Part shown: positions 58,192 to 64,000 of the stretch, piece by piece
How the letters are laid out: each line of letters begins with the position of its first letter
How positions within the stretch are numbered: the stretch's first letter is position 1
Assembly: GCA_963719495.1 (NCBI GenBank)
Contig: CAVRCI010000002.1
Span: forward strand, 192,001-256,000
DNA: 64,000 bases
From: an uncultured Verrucomicrobiae bacterium
GTDB lineage: Bacteria; Verrucomicrobiota; Verrucomicrobiia; Chthoniobacterales; JAATET01
Direction: 5' to 3'
Program-made: the position numbers and the translations under genes
The notes under the pieces: model-generated
The model's database searches: none
What the model was told of the DNA's origin: nothing
Seen by the model: only the letters and a program-made list of their open reading frames with translations

Positions 58192-60240
58192 CTATAGAAT
58201 GGCTTCGCTTTCGATGATGGCGGCTCCGTAGGCGGGTAGGAGGATTGTTCCAAGGCACTCGGTTTCCGCGAGGAGGTCGGTTCCGGTGGGGAGGCCGGTG
58301 ATGGTGCTGGGGGTCGGTTCGTGGTTGAGGACGAAGGTGAGGGTGCGGTCGTTGGCGACCCGGCGGGTGATTTCGATGTTCGGGAAGGCTCGAGCGAGAG
58401 GGAGGATCTTGCTGTGAGCGAGGATGAGGTCGAAAAGTTCGGTGACGTTATCTTTCGAGAACCACGTGCCGAGGTAGAGGGCGGCTCCGGTGCCGTGGCG
58501 GTTGATCGTGCCAGCCAGCGTGCCGGGGGCCGCGTGCGGGGAGCGATCGGTGGTGGGGGTCCAGGTGGCCAGCGGCTCGGCGGTGGTTGGGGCGACGATT
58601 TCGTAGCCGCCCGCCAGGGGGATCGTGGCCGAGGCGGTTTGGAGGTGGAGGAGCGGGGTGTCGAGTTTGCCAAATTCCTCGACGGTGACGCCGAAGACGT
58701 CGGCGAGGAGGCCGGGCGGGGTGGTGCGGATGACTTGGTTGCGGCGGTCGCGGGTGGCGGTGCGGGCGGTGGCGACGAGGAGGCCGCCGCGGTCGACGAA
58801 CGCGCGGAGGCGGGCGGCGAGGTCTTCGTCCATGAGCACGAAGTTGCTGAGGACGATGAGGTCGAGGCCGTCGAAGGAATCGGTCGAGGCGACGAAGCCC
58901 GCTGCGAGGTGGCGGTGGAGCATCTCGCCGTAGACGAGGTCGCGCTGATCCTTAGGGCGGGGGAGGCCGTTGGACATCGTGACGTAGGCTTCGTCCTGTT
59001 CGACTTCGAGGAGGACGGCGGCTCGGACGTGGGCGGTGGTGCCGAGTATTTTGGGGCCGATCCGGGCGAGCTCCGCGCCTTCCTGGGCGAATTCGTGGTA
59101 GCGGCGGCGGGGGACGTCGTCGTGGTCGAGAATGCCGTTCCAATACATCTCCGCACCGAACGGGCAGGTGCGCCAACGGAAGTGCAGGATCCCGGCGGCT
59201 CCGTGGGCGATGGATTGATAGGTCCAGAGGCGCATTTGGCCGGGAGCGGTGGTCGGGAGGAGGTAGGGGCGCTGGCCGCCGGCTCCGGCTTGCTGCTCCG
59301 GGACAATGAACGTGCCGGAGGCAGCGCGGGTGCGTTCGGCGGTCGTCGCGGACCACACGAATCCGGCGGGCTGCTCGCTGAAGCCCGGGTAGAGATCGAC
59401 GGAGAGGAAATCGAGGTCAGTCGCGAATTTGTTGTAGTCGATGTGGTCGAAGAGGCCGTTGTGGGTGATCCACCAATTGGGCTGGGCGGCGCGGAGGATG
59501 GCGACTTGTTCGCGCTGAAACTCGATGACGGCGTCGCTGTAGAATCGGAGGAGGTCGAGGTGTTGGCTGGGGTTCGGGTGGGTCGGGCGGTCGAGGCGGG
59601 CGAATTCGATCTGGTCGAAATCGTCGTAGGTCTGCGCCCAGAACGCTGTGCCCCAGGCTTCGTTGAGGGTGGCGATGTCGGTGTAGCGCTCGCGGAGCCA
59701 GTCGCGGAAACCGGCGAGGCAGGCGTCGCAGTGGCACTCGTCGAAGTGGCAGTTGAATTCGTTGTCGATCTGCCAGCCGATCACGCGGGGGCTGACGGCG
59801 AAGTGGTCCGCCATGGCGCGGGTGATGCGGCGCGAGGCTTCGCGGAAGCCGGGATTCGTGGTGCAGCAGTGCTGGCGGCTGCCGTGGGTCATGGCGCGTC
59901 CGTTGGCGTCGACGCGCAGCCACTCTGGGTGGGCGGCGGTGAGCCAACGGGGCGGGGCGGCGGTGGGGGTGCAGAGGATCGTGTCGATGTCGACGGCGCC
60001 GCAGCGGTCGATCGTTTCGTCGAAGAGCGAGAAATCGAATTGGTCGAGGCGGGGTTCCATGAAGTCCCAGGCGAACTCGGCCAGACGGACGACGTTCGTC
60101 CCGGCGGCGGCCATGTTGGCGGGATCGGCGAGGCGCTGTTCGAGCGGCCAATGCTCGGGGTAGTAGGTGGCTCCGAAGAGGAAGCGCGGGAAGCGGCTTG
60201 GGCGGAGGTGGACGGGGATGGAGGGAGGATTTAAGGACAC
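58192..60240 (-). CDS. Beta-galactosidase, GH42 family
   Basis: GATYYPEHW, VRLAEFAW, TPTAAPPRW, GWQIDNE, WGTAFW, FRWR..GAEMYW; start estimated at GTG 60240. Confidence 0.9.
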   Translation of the reverse strand: MSLNPPSIPVHLRPSRFPRFLFGATYYPEHWPLEQRLADPANMAAAGTNVVRLAEFAWDFMEPRLDQFDFSLFDETIDRCGAVDIDTILCTPTAAPPRWLTAAHPEWLRVDANGRAMTHGSRQHCCTTNPGFREASRRITRAMADHFAVSPRVIGWQIDNEFNCHFDECHCDACLAGFRDWLRERYTDIATLNEAWGTAFWAQTYDDFDQIEFARLDRPTHPNPSQHLDLLRFYSDAVIEFQREQVAILRAAQPNWWITHNGLFDHIDYNKFATDLDFLSVDLYPGFSEQPAGFVWSATTAERTRAASGTFIVPEQQAGAGGQRPYLLPTTAPGQMRLWTYQSIAHGAAGILHFRWRTCPFGAEMYWNGILDHDDVPRRRYHEFAQEGAELARIGPKILGTTAHVRAAVLLEVEQDEAYVTMSNGLPRPKDQRDLVYGEMLHRHLAAGFVASTDSFDGLDLIVLSNFVLMDEDLAARLRAFVDRGGLLVATARTATRDRRNQVIRTTPPGLLADVFGVTVEEFGKLDTPLLHLQTASATIPLAGGYEIVAPTTAEPLATWTPTTDRSPHAAPGTLAGTINRHGTGAALYLGTWFSKDNVTELFDLILAHSKILPLARAFPNIEITRRVANDRTLTFVLNHEPTPSTITGLPTGTDLLAETECLGTILLPAYGAAIIESEAIL

Positions 60241-60348
60241 GAAGCGGCGAGGAATAGAGTTCAAACGATGGGGGGACTCGGAGGAATCCGCGAGCGGCGT
60301 TTTGTTGAAGACAGGGGCGTTCGTAAAACGAACGTTTGGAGAAAAACG

Positions 60349-60421
60349 CGGAGCCGACGGGATTCGAACCCGCAACCTCTGCCGTGACAGGGCAGCGCTC
60401 TAACCGTTGAGCTACGGCTCC
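60349..60421 (-). tRNA. tRNA-Asp (GTC)
   Basis: Reverse complement ggagccgtagctcaacggttagagcgctgccctgtcacggcagaggttgcgggttcgaatcccgtcggctccg; anticodon GTC. Confidence 0.95.
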
Positions 60422-60532
60422 TTTCCTCGAAAGGAGTGGGGGACTATCCACGCATGGTCGGGGGGGCGCAATCTTTTTTGAAACCGAAATTTGCCACCTC
60501 GGCGTATGCTCCCTAGAACGATGGGTGTGCGG

Positions 60533-62125
60533 ATGAACGGTGAATGGGATTACGACGTGCTGGTGATCGGCGCGGCGTTTTCGGGTTCGTCGTTGGCGCT
60601 GATGTTGCGGCGGGAGTTCGCGGATTTGCGGGTGCTCGTGGTGGATCGGTCGACGCGGTTCGATCGGAAGGTGGGGGAGGCGACCACGGAGATCGCCGGG
60701 CATTTTTTGCACAAACGGCTGGCGCTCACCTCTTATCTGGCGAATCACCAAATTGCGAAGCAGGGGCTGCGGCTTTGGTTTACGGATGGTCGGGACGGGG
60801 TGGAGACTGCGTTCGAGGATTGCGCGGAGGTCGGGGCGAATTACCAGGTGCGGATGCCGTCGTTCCAATTGGATCGGGCGGAGATGGATGAGCATTTGGT
60901 GTCCCTAGCGGAGGAAGCTGGAGCGGAGGTGCGGCGGGGTGTGAAGGTGTCGGACATCGATCTGGATGGGGGGGCGGTCTCGGTGGACGGCGGGACGGTG
61001 AGGGCGCGGTGGATCGTGGATGCGTCGGGGCGGGCGGCGACGGTGGCGCGTCAGACTGGGAATTTCCGCAAGTTGGACGAGCACCCGACGAACGCGATCT
61101 GGGGGCGGTTTCGTGGGGCGGACGATTTGGATGGGTATCGGCTGCGGACGGAGTTTCCGGAGTTTGGGAAATCGACGATTGCGAGCCGCGGGGCGGCGAC
61201 GAATCACCTCACCGGTTACGGCTGGTGGTGTTGGATCATTCCGCTGAAGGGTGGGGACGTGAGTGTGGGATTGGTTTACGACGCAAGTCTCTTTACGCCG
61301 CCAACGGAGGGGAATCTCACGGAGCGGCTGCGGGCGCATTTGCTGGCCCATCCGATCGGGCGGGAACTCTTCGGGAAGGCGGAGGCCATTGAGGGGGAGA
61401 CCCGGGCGTATTCGGGGTTGCCGTATTACACGGAGGCGCTGGCCGGGCCGAATTGGCAGGTTGTCGGGGACGCGGCGGGTTTCATCGATCCGCTTTACAG
61501 CGCGGGGCTGGATTACTGTTCGTGGACGGTGCGGTGCGCGTTTGGGCGGATCGCGGGGGAGCTGCGGGGCGAGGTGGTGGATTTGGAACGGCTCAACGCG
61601 CGGTTTCGGCGTTCGTATCGGGCGTGGTTCGACGGGCTTTACGCGGCGAAGTATGAATACGTGGGCGACGCGGAGTTGATGTCGGCGGCGTATTGGATGG
61701 ACATCGCGCTGTTTTACTTGGGGCCGGTGCGGGAGATCACCGTGGCGCCGGAGGCGGATCTGGATTGTTTGCCGTTCAATGGTCCGGTGGATCGGCGGGT
61801 GGCGAAGTTCATGGCGTTTTACAATCGGCGGTTGGCGGCGATTGCGCGGAAGCGGCGGGCGGCGGGGTGCTGGGGACGGCGGAACACGGGCTTTCGCGAG
61901 CTGGGGGATGGGTTCGTGCCCGATCCGCGGGTGCTCAAAGTGCTTTGGAAGGGGGTGCGCCGGTGGTTGGGGGCGGAGTGGCACGCTTTGTTCTTGCGGC
62001 CGGCGAGCGCGGCTGAGGGTGAGGAAGTGGCGCTTCGCGCTGGGGTTGGTTCGGCAGCCGGAACGAAGTGGAGACCGGCGAAGCCAATTGCAAATCGCCG
62101 CTCTTTGAGCGAGACCCCTTCTTGA
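60533..62125 (+). CDS. FAD-dependent oxidoreductase, putative flavin-dependent halogenase
   Basis: DVLVIGAAFSG, KVGE, KQGL, DASGR, WCWIIP (WxWxIP), GDAAGFIDPLYSAG. Confidence 0.78.
   Translation: MNGEWDYDVLVIGAAFSGSSLALMLRREFADLRVLVVDRSTRFDRKVGEATTEIAGHFLHKRLALTSYLANHQIAKQGLRLWFTDGRDGVETAFEDCAEVGANYQVRMPSFQLDRAEMDEHLVSLAEEAGAEVRRGVKVSDIDLDGGAVSVDGGTVRARWIVDASGRAATVARQTGNFRKLDEHPTNAIWGRFRGADDLDGYRLRTEFPEFGKSTIASRGAATNHLTGYGWWCWIIPLKGGDVSVGLVYDASLFTPPTEGNLTERLRAHLLAHPIGRELFGKAEAIEGETRAYSGLPYYTEALAGPNWQVVGDAAGFIDPLYSAGLDYCSWTVRCAFGRIAGELRGEVVDLERLNARFRRSYRAWFDGLYAAKYEYVGDAELMSAAYWMDIALFYLGPVREITVAPEADLDCLPFNGPVDRRVAKFMAFYNRRLAAIARKRRAAGCWGRRNTGFRELGDGFVPDPRVLKVLWKGVRRWLGAEWHALFLRPASAAEGEEVALRAGVGSAAGTKWRPAKPIANRRSLSETPS
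62025..62108. repeat. REP with nested 30-bp insert, inside the halogenase 3' end
   Basis: cggc[agccggaacgaagtggagaccggcgaagcc]aattgcaaatcgccgctctttga. Confidence 0.8.
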
Positions 62126-63588
62126 TGGCTCATAGGTCTTATCGGGAGTTTTTGGGGAAACTGGAGGCGGCGGGGGAGCTGCGGCGGATTTCCGAGCCAG
62201 TGGCTACGGAGTTGCAGATCACGGAGCTGGCGGATCGGGAGATGAAGTCGCCGGGCGGCGGGATGGCGTTGCTCTTCGAGAAGCCGACGATTGACGGGAA
62301 GGTTTCCGAATTTCCGGTCTCGGTGAACGCGATGGGGTCGCGGTCGCGGATGGCGATGGCGCTGGGATTGGAGTCGGTGGACGAGCTGGCGGATCAGCTT
62401 CAATTCATCATGAAGGCGAAGCCGCCGCGGGGGTTGAAGGATGCGGTGACTTTGCTTCGGAACGGGATTGATCTCATTCACGCGCGGCCTAAGTCGGTGA
62501 AAGATGGGCCCTGCAAGGAAGTGATCGAGCGGTTCGAGGGGGAGGGGCTGACTTTGGACGATCTGCCGATTTTGAAGTGCTGGCCACAGGATGGCGGGCG
62601 GTTTGTGACTTTGCCGACGGTTTACACCAAAGATCCCGATACGGGGGAGCGGAACGTGGGGATGTATCGGATGCAGGTCTACGATGGGCGGACGACGGGG
62701 ATGCATTGGCAGGTGCATAAGGTCGGGGCGCGGCACGGGAAACGGTATTACGAACGCGGGGAGCGGATGCCGGTGGCGGTGGCGCTGGGGGGTGATCCGG
62801 CTTACACCTTTGCCGCGACGGCTCCGCTGCCGGATGGGTTGGATGAGATTCTCTTTGCGGGATTTGCGCGGAAGAAGTCGGTGCCGCTGATCAAATGCGA
62901 GACGATCGACATCGAGGTGCCGGCGGATTCGGACTTTGTGCTGGAGGGTTACGTCGATCCGGCGGAGCGAAGGGCGGAGGGGCCGTTTGGGGACCACACG
63001 GGGTTTTATACGCCGGTGGACGATTATCCGGTTTTTCACCTGACCGCGATTACGCGGCGGAGGGATGCGATTTATCCGGCGACGATCGTGGGGATTCCGC
63101 CGATGGAGGACTTTTACATGGGGGCGGCGAGCGTGAAGGTGTTCCTACCGATCTTTAAGATGAACTTTCCGGAGATCGTCGACATGGCTTTGCCGGCGGA
63201 GGGGGTGTTTCACAACCTGGTCTTTGTCTCGATTCGGAAGCAATACGCGTGGCAGGCGTATAAGATCATGCACGGGCTTTGGGGGATGGGGCAGATGATG
63301 TTCGCGAAATACATCGTGGTCGTGGACGACGATTGCGACGTGCACAACACGAGCGAGGTGCTCTTTCGGATGTGCGCGAATACCGATCCGAAGCGGGATT
63401 CGACTTTCATTAAAAATCCGAGTGATTCGCTGGATCACGCGCCGTCCGTGGAGGCGCTGGGTTCGCACATGGGGATGGATGCGACGCGGAAGCTGGCGGG
63501 GGAGGGGCACACTCGGGGGTGGCCGGATTTGGTGAAGATGGAGGCTGGGGTGGTGGCTTGGGCGGATGGGTTTCTTGGTGGGCGGTGA
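62125..63588 (+). CDS. UbiD-family decarboxylase (menaquinone-pathway type)
   Basis: CWPQDGG, RNVGMYRMQ, EGPFGDHTGFY, GIPPMED, GLWGMGQMMFAK, DSLDHA. Confidence 0.9.
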   Translation: MAHRSYREFLGKLEAAGELRRISEPVATELQITELADREMKSPGGGMALLFEKPTIDGKVSEFPVSVNAMGSRSRMAMALGLESVDELADQLQFIMKAKPPRGLKDAVTLLRNGIDLIHARPKSVKDGPCKEVIERFEGEGLTLDDLPILKCWPQDGGRFVTLPTVYTKDPDTGERNVGMYRMQVYDGRTTGMHWQVHKVGARHGKRYYERGERMPVAVALGGDPAYTFAATAPLPDGLDEILFAGFARKKSVPLIKCETIDIEVPADSDFVLEGYVDPAERRAEGPFGDHTGFYTPVDDYPVFHLTAITRRRDAIYPATIVGIPPMEDFYMGAASVKVFLPIFKMNFPEIVDMALPAEGVFHNLVFVSIRKQYAWQAYKIMHGLWGMGQMMFAKYIVVVDDDCDVHNTSEVLFRMCANTDPKRDSTFIKNPSDSLDHAPSVEALGSHMGMDATRKLAGEGHTRGWPDLVKMEAGVVAWADGFLGGR

Positions 63589-63628
63589 GGGGGGGGAGTG
63601 TCCGGCTGTGGCCGGATTGGGTTGGGGT

Positions 63629-63732
63629 CGGCGATTGCAAATCGCCGCTCCTTGAGGGACTTCGGCTCGCTTCGCATTGCCGAGGTGATGCGGCGGGACG
63701 CCGCATCTCGCACGCGGGACGCGTGCGCTCCC
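63629..63732. repeat. REP cluster between convergent genes
   Basis: cggcgattgcaaatcgccgctccttga (63629-63655); gatgcggcgggacgccgcatc; gcacgcgggacgcgtgcgctccc. Confidence 0.78.
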
Positions 63733-63733
63733 C

Positions 63734-64000
63734 ACTAAGTCTTTCTTAGGACCAGGGCGCTGTTGATTCCTCCGAAGCCGAAGCTGTTGGTTAGGATCGT
63801 CTTGACCTTCGTTTCTCGTCCGTGGTTGGGGACGATGTCGAGGTTGCAGTCGGGGTCGGGCGTCTCGTGGTGGAGGGTGGGGGGGACCCATTGGTTCTCC
63901 AACGTGAGGCAGCAGATGCAGGCTTCGATGGCTCCGGTCGCGCCGAGCGGGTGGGCGGTGTAGGCTTTGGTTCCGCTGATCGGGATCCTGGCTGCTCGGT
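63734..64000 (-). CDS. Beta-ketoacyl-ACP synthase (FabF-like), C-terminal part only
   Basis: ISGTKAYTAHPLGATGAIE..WVPPTL..NSFGFGGINSALVLRKT*; 5' part lies outside the window. Confidence 0.85.

Noticed and set aside
58192..60421. Genomic island integrated at tRNA-Asp (or at tRNA-Gly 9035)
   Set aside because: No integrase and no duplicated tRNA 3' end found by eye; only an IS remnant follows tRNA-Gly.

Overview
A 64-kb, high-GC, mostly core-genome segment, very probably from a member of Verrucomicrobiota. That assignment is inferred from the Amuc_1098-1102-like pilus cluster, a PVC-type prepilin and a small PUR-domain gene. Housekeeping genes include aspS (partial), hisS, rnr, hemB, priA, lpxD, rho, coaE, aroD, trpD, fdhD, holA, modAB, an lptF/G-family gene, mgtE, a UbiD-family gene and a partial fabF-like gene, plus tRNA-Gly(CCC) and tRNA-Asp(GTC). 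Other content: an Akkermansia-type pilus-like operon with a tandemly duplicated secretin, followed by two GT-C-like membrane proteins; two unrelated small-ORF + nucleotidyltransferase (toxin-antitoxin-like) pairs; two decayed DUF4338/ISAs1-type IS remnants; a sulfatase remnant; a putative flavin-dependent halogenase. There is also a rich set of short repeats: REP doublets carrying a nested 30-bp GAA-hairpin insert, heptamer arrays that supply stop codons, a GTAACGGCCGTTAC palindrome, and a 9-mer MITE-like element. No CRISPR array, rRNA, intact transposase or integrase was seen. All product calls come from motif recognition by eye, not database searches, and several start codons are estimates.
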